Shown here piece by piece: positions 1-16,819 of a DNA stretch of 64,000 bases (positions are counted from its first letter, which is position 1; the number at the start of each line of letters is the position of its first letter). The notes under the pieces were generated by a model. That model was not told where the DNA came from, ran no database searches, and saw nothing but the letters and a program-made list of their open reading frames with translations. Made by a program: the position numbers and the translations under genes. This DNA comes from Eledone cirrhosa (taxonomy: Eukaryota). The stretch covers positions 24,986,001 through 25,050,000 of the forward strand of contig OZ024760.1 of the NCBI GenBank assembly GCA_964016885.1, read 5' to 3'.

Positions 1-1162
<1,162 letters not shown>

Positions 1163-1777
1163 GTCACCCCTCATTTTTTTAAATATATATATATATATAT
1201 ATATTCATATACATATACTCACACAAACGTACATACATTATACATAGAAACCACAGCACACTTCAATGTACGAGAACAAAGCCCTATAATCAAAAGCTAG
1301 CCTGTCCATTGAAAGACATGGCAAAACCTGGAAAAAAAAGAATTAAAACAAAACACCAAAAATTCCCCAAAAGGTAAAATGGTGAAGAACGACCAATATC
1401 TCAATTTTTGCTAATAATTACGACAAAAAATTCCTCCAATCCCATTAAATGACTTGTGTTCATGAGCTCCAGGAAATTTTCCAGAATTTTAAGGATATCT
1501 CAACGCGAAGGAGGATCTTAAATGGTTCTTCTTATCTAAAGATTTCTTTTTGTATTTGGAGAGCTTAAGGAAGAATGGAAGAATGGTGTAATTTAGAATC
1601 TGTGCGTAATTGATAAAGAGAGACCATGGTTGCAGCGGTACAGAAAATCGATAGGTGATGCATGGATAGCATTGTGCCACACACAGAAACGCTCTCTCAA
1701 ATATGTATGTATGTCTGCATGCAAGTATGTATGTCTCTCTATATGTATCTACGGATGGATGTACATAGGTATGTATA

Positions 1778-1810
<33 letters not shown>

Positions 1811-1932
1811 ATGTTCTTCTGGTTTTATAATTTCACACATTTTTTCCAATAGAAACAGAGTCGGTTTCTACCATAGATGCAAGACTATCTCATTGGAATT
1901 TAAACAACATCAACTAGGTAGATATGTATGTG

Positions 1933-1964
<32 letters not shown>

Positions 1965-2039
1965 TGTATGTATGTATGTATGTATGTATGTATGTATGTA
2001 TGTATGTATGTATGTATAGATGCATATGTATGTACGTAT

Positions 2040-2650
2040 GTCAGGTCACTAGTTGGTGCTACTGGTAACATGTGTCCCAGTACAATCTGTCTCATGGTCG
2101 GGTCGTTGGCGACTAAACTGGCAACCCCACCAAGTTTTCTTGGTGAGGAGGGTGACTTTGGACATCCTGCAGGACTAAAAACCAAACCTGTCAAAGGGCA
2201 AAGGAACTCTTAAGAGTCAAAGGGCATCCAATATCACCGGGATAGATGACCTCTTAGCCTTGGTCAAGGCAGAATTCTAGGAGAAGGAAAACTCTGATAT
2301 AACACCTGCAACTCTGATGGTATCCAATGATGTTGACTTGTTCTTCTTTTTGGTAAATATCATCTTGGTTAAGAGAGTGGGACTGGCTTTGTGCAGTGCC
2401 TTTGCTCACTATAAAAGCTTCACGGCACAGGCATTGCTTTATATCTGGAGATCTCTCTGCACTCGTCGTCACATGGTACCATGGGCCCAGCACTAGGTGT
2501 CAATAATTGTCACAAGTGTAGTGTTTGTACCAGAGTTTTCAAGTCGCTGGCTGGACTGAAAAGTCACACTTGTTCAGTGCATCGGTAGGGGTTCTCCTAC
2601 ATGGATATAAAGTAGTGGCCCTACTCGAAAACGAGTTGGCAGCCACCATG
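2040..2650. repeat. Dispersed ~610-bp repeat flanked by (TATG)n; partial second copy at 5945-6267
   Basis: 2327-2650 aligns closely by eye with 5945-6267 (atgatgttgacttgttcttctttttggtaaatatcatc...gagttggcagccaccatg). Both copies start and end in (TATG)n. Confidence 0.8.
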
Positions 2651-2710
2651 TATGTATGTATGTTCTCACTTTCTCCTAACTTTCAGTTTAATTACGAGTG
2701 GTCACCTTAC

Positions 2711-2815
2711 CGGTGGCAAGGTAGTAAACAAAAGAATTGGTGTCGTCTCTTTTGTAAGATTCATTCTTTGAAACGTACAACTGTTTTACAAATTTGGAAG
2801 TTTCCAGACATCTAC
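2711..2815 (-). other. Candidate internal exon (105 nt, phase 1-1) of unidentified host gene
   Basis: Minus strand tag|GT AGA TGT...ACC G|gtaagg; open frame RCLETSKFVKQLYVSKNESYKRDDTNSFVYYLAT. The acceptor lacks a good pyrimidine tract. Confidence 0.3.
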
Positions 2816-2834
2816 CTACATGCGTATCTATATA

Positions 2835-3228
2835 TCTTTCTCCGGACAACAATTCATTCCCTTCTTTAGGTACCACTTTAGAAGGAGAATCAGAGTGGAG
2901 AGAGAGGCATTGCACCCCAGTAAATTTACTGAAAGGTGGGTGAATGAAGCAAAAAGGGCCCGAGTGATTGGGCCTTCATTGTATATAAACCTGTAGGTTG
3001 AAAAAGAGAGCAAAAGGAAGAAAGGAGCACTTGCACAACTCGCTCCTGAAGTTGAGGGTTGTTCTATCGACGGGGTATTAAACAACCCATTTGTGGCGCT
3101 TCCCCCTATTGGGGATTTCGATTTTTATATTTGTTTGTTTCATATTTTTAAACGACTGTATGTAAAATCCCCGGCATGTCTTTGTTTTGTCCCCTTTTCT
3201 TGTGCGCCCTTGTGGCTAATAAAGAAAT
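2835..3228 (+). mobile_element. Tx1/L1-clade LINE 3' fragment (ORF2 C-terminus + 3' UTR)
   Basis: Plus frame SGQQFIPFFRYHFRRRIRVEREALHPSKFTERWVNEAKRARVIGPSLYINL* resembles the Tx1 ORF2 end. T-rich UTR ends ...gtggctAATAAAgaaat, then (CTAT)n. Confidence 0.7.
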
Positions 3229-3983
3229 CTATCTATCTATCTATATTTATACCTATCTAACTATCTATCTATCTATGTACTTATCTATCTATCTATATAT
3301 CGATCAATCGATGCATATATATCTATTTATGCATGTGTATCAATCAATCTATCTATCTACTCATCTATCCATCTATTTCTCAGTTTATCTCTCTATCTCT
3401 CTATCATTCTCTCCCTCGATCTAACTGTCCGTCAATCTATACATATGTGTAGACATAAATCAATAATAATAATGAGTTCAAAACTCAGGCAGTCTTTTAC
3501 AATGAAATAGCTCAAACTGTAATATTATTATTAGTTTATTTCAATCTAGCTAACTTGGTCATTTACAATACAAACATGAATATGTTGGTATTTGTGTTTA
3601 TCTAATATATTAATTTATATTAACTTGTATGTAGACATATATGTGTTTATGCATATGTATGTGTATTTGTATGTATATACGTGTGTGCATGCGTGTATGC
3701 CTATATCTGAATAAGTATATGTGTGTAATGCGTGAGTATGTACGTTTGTGTGTAAATATATTTATGTTGGTATGTGTATCCCTGCGTGCATGAGTGTATG
3801 CCTGTATGTGTGTAAGTATGTGTGAGTAAGCTGTGAGTATGTACGTTTGTGTGTTAATATATATGTTTTCGTGTATGTATACCTGCGTACATGCGTGTAT
3901 ATCTCTAAGCTTCTCTGTAAGTATGTATTATAATGTGTGAGTATATATATGTGTATGTGTGGTGGTTTGTGTATAATGTATGC

Positions 3984-4021
<38 letters not shown>

Positions 4022-4025
<4 letters not shown>

Positions 4026-4185
4026 GTTTCTAATTTTGGCACAAGTCCAGAAATACCCAGTGCATTACTGGTACTTTATTTTATCGACCCCGTAAGGATG
4101 AAGGGCAAAGTTAACCTCGGCGGAATTTGAACTCCCCCCGAGGTTAACTTTGCCTTTCAACCTTACGGGGTCCTTAAAATAAAGT
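4022..4185 (-). mobile_element. Truncated tRNA-SINE with inverted duplication of its core
   Basis: actttattttatcgaccccgtaaggatgaagggcaaagttaacctcgg (~4072-4120) is followed by its near reverse complement ccgaggttaactttgcctttcaaccttacggggtccttaaaataaagt (~4138-4185). Confidence 0.8.
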
Positions 4186-4276
4186 CTGTATGTATGTATT
4201 ATAATGTGTGAATACGTATATGTGTATGTGTGGAGGTTTGTGTTTAATGTATGCATATATATATGAATATGTGTGA

Positions 4277-4489
4277 AGGCGTGTGGCTGAGCGGTTAGAG
4301 AATTGGATTCGCAATCGAAAGGTTGTGCGTTCGATTCCTGGACCAGGCGATGCGTTAAGTCCTTGAGCAAGACACTTTATTTCACGTTGCTCATTCTACC
4401 TGGAGTTGCGACAGATAGATAGTATTAGCAATTGGAAAGACCAACGGAAATATTGTTTCCTCGGTCCGATATTCGATCGTTTAAGGAGA

Positions 4490-4490
<1 letters not shown>
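4277..4490 (+). mobile_element. CORE-type tRNA-derived SINE
   Basis: A box tggctgagcgg, B box gttcgattcc, CORE-like ccttgagcaagacactt. The tail ggaaa(c/t)attgtttcctcggtccg is shared with the copies at 23391, ~55095 and 61008. Confidence 0.8.
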
Positions 4491-4582
<92 letters not shown>

Positions 4583-4758
4583 CGCATACATTATACACAA
4601 ACCACCACACATAAACATACTCACACATTATAATACATACTTATACACATATAGGCATAGACGCATGCACGCAGTTATACACATACGAACATACATATAT
4701 TTACACACAAACGTACATACTCACGCATTACACACATATACTTATTCAGATATAATAT

Positions 4759-5340
4759 AATTGTTTCTACATTAGGCACAAGGCCAGCAAATACTCAGTA
4801 CATTACTGGTACTTTATTTTACCGACTCCGTAAGGATGAAAAGCAAAGTTACCCTCGGCGGGATTTGAACTCAGACTGTAAAGGGACGTAACTATGCTAG
4901 AACGCATGGCGTCCAACCCTCTACCGATACTGCCAATTCACCGCCGTTATTCAGATATAATATAATTGTTTCTACTTTTGGCACAAGGCCAGCAATTATC
5001 CCAGTGTATTACTAGTACTTTATTTCATCGACCCCCGTAAGGATGAAAGGCAAAGTTAACCTCGGCGGGATTTGAACACGGACCGTAAAGGGCCGTAACT
5101 CTATGCTGCAAGGCATGGTGTCTGACCCTCTACTGATACTCCCAATCCACATAATATAATTGTTTCTACTTTTGACACAAGGCCAGCAATTACACCAGTG
5201 TATTACAGGTACTTTATTTTATCGACTCCCGTAAGGATGAAAGCCAAAGTTAACCTCGGCGGGATTTGAACTCGGACCGTAAAGGGTCGTAACTCTATGC
5301 TGCAAAGCATGTTCTGAGACTCTCTACCGATACTCACATA
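4759..5340 (-). mobile_element. Array of three tRNA-derived SINE copies (~190 bp each; Meta/MESC-like core)
   Basis: Sense strand reads tggcagtatcgg (A box), gagttcaaatcc (B box), gcctttcatccttacggggtcgataaaataaagtaccag, tail gaaacaatt. Copies start near 4759, 4963 and 5157. Confidence 0.9.
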
Positions 5341-5944
5341 ATATAATTGTTTCTACAAGGCCAGCACATAATATAATGATATATAGATACATGTATATAT
5401 ATATATGTATATATATACATATATATATAAATATATATATATATATACAGAAACATATATATGTGTATGTATATATATATATATATATATATACAGAAAC
5501 ATATATATGTGTGTGTATATATATATATATCTGTGTGTGTGTGTGTATGTGTGTATACGTGTGTTTATATATGTGTGTGTCTGTGTATGGGTATATATGA
5601 GTAGATATGGCGGGTTGGTTGTGTCAGTTGTCAGACTTAATTCCTCACTCACTTCATTGCTTTTCATTTCGGCTCTGTTCAAATATTAATGAATATATTC
5701 TATTATTTAACAATCCTATAGGGAATAAGCTGGAATCGAATAAAAAAAAAATCGATCAATACAGCCAGCCCCAAGCTGAATGTGCCTTCCCAAAACCTTT
5801 AATTATGTTGTTCTCATCTTTGAATTAAAATCTTTGCACTTTTCGCTTTATTTGCCTTGGATTGGTTTAGCTTAGCTTTGCTTTGCTTGGCTTATATTCC
5901 TCATTCATGTGTTTGGTTATATGTATGTATGTATGTATGTATGT

Positions 5945-6267
5945 ATGATGTTGACTTGTTCTTCTTTTTGGTAAATATCATCTTGGTTAAGAGAGTGGGA
6001 GTGGCTTTGTGCAGTGCCTTTGCTCACTATAAAAGCTTCACGTCACAGGCATTGCTTTATATCTGGAGATCTATCTGCACTTGTCGTTACATGGTACGAT
6101 GGGCCCAGCACTATGTGTCAGTAATTGTCACAAGTGTAGTGTTTGTACCAGAGTTTTCAGGTCGCTGGCTGGACTATAAAGTCACACTCGTTCAGCGCAT
6201 CGGTAGGGGTTCTCCTACATGGATATAAAGTAGTGACCGTGCTGGAAAACGAGTTGGCAGCCACCAT
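5945..6267. repeat. Partial copy of the 2040-2650 dispersed repeat
   Basis: Direct similarity to 2327-2650; (TATG)n on the left, TATG/TA on the right. Confidence 0.8.
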
Positions 6268-6268
6268 G

Positions 6269-6327
<59 letters not shown>

Positions 6328-6334
6328 GTATATG

Positions 6335-6370
<36 letters not shown>

Positions 6371-6946
6371 GTTATATTTATATATATATCATTATATGTA
6401 TATGTCTATATATATGGTTATATTTATATATATATCATTATATGTATATGTCTATATATATGGTTATATTTATATATATATCATTATATGTATATATCTA
6501 TATATATGGTTATATTTATATATATATCATTATATGTATATATCTATATATATGGTTATATTTATATATATATCATTATATGTATATATCTATATATATG
6601 GTTATATTTATATATATATCATTATATGTATATATCTATATATATGGTTATATTTATATATATATCATTATATGTATATATCTATATATATGGTTATATT
6701 TATATATATATCATTATATGTATATGTCTATATATATGGTTATATATATATATGTCTATATATATAGTTATATATATGGTTATATATATGTCTATATATA
6801 TGGTTATATATATGGTTATATATATGTCTATATATATGGTTATATATATGGTTATATATATGTCTATATATATGGTTATATATATATATATATATATATA
6901 TATAGATATATATATATATATATGTATATATATAGATATATATATA

Positions 6947-6979
<33 letters not shown>

Positions 6980-7047
6980 TTATATGTATATATATATATT
7001 TATATATTTATATAACAATTATATACTGTTATATAACTATATATGGT

Positions 7048-7101
<54 letters not shown>

Positions 7102-7127
7102 TATATAAATATATATATATATATATA
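6268..7127. repeat. TA microsatellite with embedded ~45-bp minisatellite
   Basis: Unit ggttatatttatatatatatcattatatgtatatatctatatatat is repeated about 8 times at 6370-6740. Confidence 0.93.
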
Positions 7128-7129
7128 AG

Positions 7130-7704
7130 TAGAAGGGATATTTAATTTGTTGGAAGTCCGTCAAATATAAATGTTTATAACTGATTTAAAGCACTCAACA
7201 GTTAACTGGAGTAAATATTCAATGATATTAAATAAATGGAAACTATATTTATAAAACCATATTTATTTTATTATATATATTTCAAGGGTACCAAGACACA
7301 TGCTACGCGTTCATCAGATAAAATACAAAGTTTGTTTTATAAATAGAGACATACCCATGAAAATCATACCTTATCGTTTGGAAATTCACTGGGTAGTGGA
7401 AATATATTATGGATTTTTCAAACTTATGTGTGAATATGCAAATGAATATGTAACTAATTGAAAAACAACCGTTTATTTAAACGACTATGGAGAGAGAGAG
7501 ACAAGAGATAAGAGGAGAAGGATAAAATAGTGCGAGAGAGAGAAGAAAGAAACAAGAGAAGATGAATAAAAACTCATATAGCGCTAATTTGAGGTAAATA
7601 TATTCTACGTATATATCTTAATAGAACGTGCATTTACGATTATTAAAATGTGCTTATAATATAATATTTTTCTTCTGTTATAAGTAGATAAATAAATAAA
7701 TACA

Positions 7705-7747
<43 letters not shown>

Positions 7748-8212
7748 AATAGATGGGTATATCATGTTATAGATAATTGTTCTAATGAGTTATGAGGGAT
7801 ATTGTTTTTGTATTTAATGTAAATAAATATTAAGTTAAATTAAATTAAATTAAATGAGTAAATGAGAATATTAATATTTATATGATATAAATTGGAAAGA
7901 TACGGAAAAAACTCCGGTTTAATTTATTTATTCGTTAGTGTGAGACTATTTAGTCAAAATAAGTATAGACGTTGAAAGATACTTTTATATATAGCTCTGA
8001 ATGTTGAAATCTGGCGATGTCTACAAGAATTAAATAAATTCGTTTTTAGATTAATAGAATTTTTACTTTTAAGTATGTAAAAAATTTCCTCAATACACAA
8101 TTTGCAGCATCTAGGTAAAGCGGTATGCGAGTGTTTTAAAACTGTTTCCCAAGCTAATGAATAGTCCATATTCTTGCATTTAAGTTCCATATCAGGTTTG
8201 AAAGAGAAGTTG
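7130..8212 (-). mobile_element. Penelope-like element, 5'-truncated: GIY-YIG C-terminus, 3' UTR and pLTR with hammerhead
   Basis: Minus frames read STSLSNLIWNL/KCKNMDYSLAWETVLKHSHTALPRCCKLCIEEIFYILKSKNSINLKTNLFNSCRH (PLE C-x2-C...LN...CRH signature). A hammerhead motif lies downstream at 7264-7325. Confidence 0.75.
7264..7325 (-). ncRNA. Type I hammerhead ribozyme motif (stem II degenerate)
   Basis: Minus strand UAUUUUAU-CUGAUGA-(27 nt)-GAAAU-AUAU-AUA|AUAAAAUA: 8-bp stem I and an intact core. Confidence 0.7.
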
Positions 8213-8216
8213 AAGT

Positions 8217-8601
8217 TGCCTCATGAAAAACATAGTATATGCATGTGACGTAACCACACACAACTCTACCAAAACATATATAGGAGCAACGCCAATACAT
8301 TTAAAACTAGATTTAACGCGCATATGTACACATTTAGCCACGATAGACATAAGAATGCCACCTCACTGGCGGGATAATCTCCTTTTTAAAAAATAATAGT
8401 ACCCCATACAAACTTTTTTGGAGGAAGCTTACTAGATCCACGCCATAACGACCGCAGAACGGAAGTTGTGACCTGTGTTTACTGGAATGCCATGCCATAA
8501 TACACACTAAACTGAACCTGCTTAACAGGAAATCGGAAATTTTCTCCTCTTGCCAACACAAAATCCTGAGTTCCTTCTTCTATTTTAAACCTAGCACATA
8601 G
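8217..8601 (+). pseudogene. Penelope-like GIY-YIG endonuclease domain (frameshifted)
   Basis: Plus frames CLMKNIVYACDVTTHNSTKTYIGAT / NTFKTRFNAHMYTFSHDRHKNATSLAG / IISFLKNNSTPYKLFWRKLTRSTP*RPQNGSCDLCLLECHAIIHTKLNLLNRKSEIFSSCQHK carry the IVY...YIG, FKxR and CDLCLxE...LNRKSE motifs. Two frameshifts and one stop. Confidence 0.85.
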
Positions 8602-10820
8602 ACGTAACATATATTACGCAACCCCCATCTAGACTATAGCTTCCCCCCTTTCCCCCCAACCCGTAACCCAGATAGATAGGTACCCTAAGGGTGGTACAGT
8701 CCCCTAAAATGTTGGTGTTTTTGCGTGTGTGTGTGTGTGTATTCTCCTTTTCTCTCTCACACGCACACACACGCAGACATATGTGTGGGTGTGCGTGCGT
8801 GTGTGCATGCATGCACGCATGTGTGCGTGCATTGTATGCATGTAAATTGTATGTATATATATATATGTATATTGTATGCTCGCGTATTATATTGTGTGTA
8901 TGTGTATATGTGACATGTATGTGAATATATGTATGTATGCGTATGAGTGTGTATGTGTAAGTGTATGATGTGTGTATGTATGTGTATATGTATGTATACT
9001 TTTCTGTAGAAATTCTCTCTATATGTGGTGTGTGGCACGAATTCCTCCTATAATACTCTTCTCTGAGAGGAGCATGATATGCAGAGTAACAGATATGTAT
9101 TGTCGAAGTTGAAACTGAGAACCACCACCCCTCCTGCTGACCCAAATGTTTACTGAGGACCAGAACACCATTCTCCGCAATATAAGAGCGAAATACGCTT
9201 GCCGGACTATTGATGACCATAACATCACATTCCAAGGTAATGGCAAAACACAGTGAATGCTATGCACGACCAGAACACCACAGCATGCACATCCGAGCGA
9301 CACAGATATAATATCAATAGGGGAATCAACTGAATTTTTTGAGTTGAAATACATATGGATATGTGTCTGTGTGTATCGGACACACGTACATATAAAGAAG
9401 CTGCTGACCTAAATATACCTGTCATGCCTGTCTGAATTCCTAAGGGAATTGTCGGCCAGTTGCTGTCTTGTCGATTGTAGTACCAGTGGGTGAATCAATT
9501 GAGTTTTTTGAGTTGAAACACATAAATATGTGTCTGTGTGTGTCGGACACAAAGAAGCTGCCGACCTAAATGTGCCTGTCATGCCTGTCTGAATTTTCGG
9601 TCAGTTGCTGACTTGACCGATTAAACCCACAATTACTACGTAGCGGTTCTTGCACGTGACTGCTGGACCCGGATGAAACGAAGACGAAGAATTTCCTTGC
9701 GTACCGTTTTGTACCACAGATGCGATCTCACCCTGCCTCGTTAATGTCCTATCGACACCTAAGTTCAACGTTCGGGCGAATAGAATTGAATCCAACCGCC
9801 AACAACATAGCTGGATGACCGATAATCACACCAAATCGGAGTACTGTGATCCTTGTGATTTCCAGATATACAACCACTGACACTGTTACGAAGACCAGAA
9901 AACCATACTCCATAATATTGAACCAAGTGATTGATTTCTGCGACCAAAATAACACCACACACATATTGAACTAGGAATATTGGATCCTCCGTCAATGTCC
10001 GGGTGAGCAAAAATAGATTTCTATCTGCATTGGAATTTACGAACTTGTGCATCTGCTGTGGTGTCAAAAACAAACGCGCATGACCGCACAGATAAACAAT
10101 GGACCACGCCACGTGGCTTGAACCCGTAAGTGAATTGAAGGTTCTGCAACTCTGATACACAGATTGTTTATTATTAAGATGTATAAACTTGACATAACTA
10201 TTATCATCTTATATTCTCTCAACTAATCACACTTGATCATATTTCTCTATCCCGTTTTCTCCTCCCATAATTATTATATTTTTATTATTATTTGAAAAAA
10301 ATCGGTTTTTTTACATTGTGTTTTCCCCTCCAAATATTCACTTATATTTCTTTATATATTCTCTATATATTTTTTTATCTTTATTATTTCCACTTTTATC
10401 CTCCTTTACATTTTACCTTATTCTTACTTTTATACCTTATTATAGTGTAATCTTCTCCATGCCTTATTATACACTATTAATTATAGATTATTATTATTAC
10501 TCTTTTTCTATTTCTAATTACCTCATGTACTTTCTCCTCCGCTATATATATATATATATATATATTGTATGCCCTTTGTGTTTGTGTAGCCTCTGCGCAC
10601 CCTCTGCACCATGCAATCGACGCCACCCCATCTATGGTTCAGCTAAGCACCAGACTCCCGGGAATGAACAAGACCGCAGGTAGTAAACAAGAACCCACAC
10701 CCCACCCTCCCGCACCAAAATTAGACTTATCGTCCCCTACATTTGCGCTTTACTCTCTTTACTCTTTGTTCTTGAATGTTTGGTTGGTAGAGTCCATAAC
10801 ACCAATCAAACCCCTTTTAT

Positions 10821-10866
10821 AGCTCTGACGAATCCTACGGTTACGTAAGGAAGAAACATTGTAAGC
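10821..10866 (+). ncRNA. Minimal type I hammerhead ribozyme motif in a Penelope-type pLTR
   Basis: GCU-CUGACGA-AUCCUACG GUUA CGUAAGGAA-GAAAC-AUU-GUA|AGC. Good stem II, but stem I is only 3 bp. Confidence 0.6.
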
Positions 10867-11008
10867 CAATACAAATCTGTTGATGTTGTAGACGCTCTTG
10901 TGTTCTTTTTCATATATACGGCTCTGCTCCAAAGCATAGAGCTAATTATTATGCTGCCAATACCTTAATGGGACAGGGGTATACAATACCTAACTCCTAT
11001 TAACCTAA

Positions 11009-11009
<1 letters not shown>

Positions 11010-11048
<39 letters not shown>

Positions 11049-11078
11049 ATATATATATATATACATATATATAAAAAC

Positions 11079-11109
<31 letters not shown>

Positions 11110-11302
11110 CACCTATATATATATATATACATATAAATATATATATATATACATATAAATATATATATATATATACACATCTATATATATATATATACAT
11201 ATAAATATATATATATATATATACACATATATATATATATATATACATATAAATATATATATATATATATACACATATATATATATACATATAAATATAT
11301 AT

Positions 11303-11341
<39 letters not shown>

Positions 11342-11344
11342 AAT

Positions 11345-11405
<61 letters not shown>

Positions 11406-11454
11406 AATATATATATATATATATACACATATATATATATATATACATATAAAT

Positions 11455-11509
<55 letters not shown>

Positions 11510-11512
11510 AAT

Positions 11513-11543
<31 letters not shown>

Positions 11544-11732
11544 CACATATATATATATATATACACATATATATATATATATATATACACATATATATAT
11601 ATATACATATAAATATATATATATATATATACACACATATATATATACACATATAAATATATATATATATACACACATATATATATACACATATATATAT
11701 ATATACATATAAATACACATATATATATATAC

Positions 11733-11786
<54 letters not shown>
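11010..11786. repeat. (TA)n compound microsatellite
   Basis: TA tract with CA and AA interruptions. Confidence 0.97.
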
Positions 11787-11787
<1 letters not shown>

Positions 11788-12830
11788 CCAAATGCAAACA
11801 ATGGGTACACAAGAGATGTAGCGGGATCTCAGGAAGCTTAATTAAGAATGTAGGATTCACATGCAGCAGCTGTGCTGAAACAGCAACCAAACAGCCACAG
11901 GAAACAAGTACCACCAATCTCTGGGAGGGCCCTGTAGAAACAGTAGACAGCTTCTGCTACCTAGGTGACCGAATTAGCAACGGAGGTGGGTGCTCAGAAA
12001 GTACAATAACTAGGGTAAGAACGGGATGGAAGAAGTTTAGGGAACTACTACCACTGCTAGCTGCAAAAGGCTTCTCCCTCAGAATGAAAGGCAGACTGTA
12101 TGATGCGTGTATCCGAACAGCGATGTTGCATGGTAGCGAGACCTGGGCGCTGAAGGTGGAAGACTTACGTAGATTAGAGAGAAACGAAGCCTGCATGCTC
12201 CGATGGATGTGTAACAGTAATATACGTGAACGACAATGCATAAAGGAATTGAGAGAGAGACTGAGCATAAGAGGAATCAAATGCTGCGTGCAGGAGAGGC
12301 GGTTACGCTGGTATGGACATGTGATGCGTATGAAGGATGACAGCTGCATAAAAAGGTGCAGAGCACTAGAAGTTGATGGAAACCGCGGAGTGGGGAGACC
12401 CAAGATGACTTGGGATGAGGTGATAAAAGCCGACCTTACCCAACTACACCTCTCAAAGACAATGACACACGACCGTGACTTCTGGCGTCACGCAGTAATA
12501 CAGGGTACCCGACCTCCCATGGGTACATGCTGAAACATATAAACAATATGCCCCCACTCCCACCACCGCAAGGTGGTCATGGAGGTGCCACGGCAAAAAA
12601 GCACCCAGCCCACACTGTAAAGTGGATGTGTAGGCGCCACGAAAAAGCACCCAGCACTCACTGTAAATGAGGTTGTTGTTAGGAAGGGCATCCAGCTGTA
12701 GAAATAGGGCCAGATCAGTTCCTGTATGAGCAAGGCATGGTCAGCCGACCAGACACTGCCCACAACAGGACAACCCGTCTAACCCATGCTAGCGTGGACG
12801 AACGGACGTAAAACGGTGATGATGATGATG
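11787..12830 (+). mobile_element. RTE-clade LINE, 5'-truncated 3' fragment
   Basis: Uninterrupted frame 11787-12533: [13 protein letters not shown]...FTCSSC (Cys-rich insert), [57 protein letters not shown]. 3' UTR contains aggaagggcatccagc and ends in a (GAT)n tail. Confidence 0.92.

Positions 12831-16819
<3,989 letters not shown>

Noticed and set aside
4277-4350. Functional tRNA genes at SINE heads
   Set aside because: A and B boxes are present, but there is no complete cloverleaf and each continues into a SINE body.
7954-8330. Twin-priming inversion of a single Penelope element
   Set aside because: The plus-strand piece continues through its own, different C-terminus to ~8600, so two distinct elements are present.
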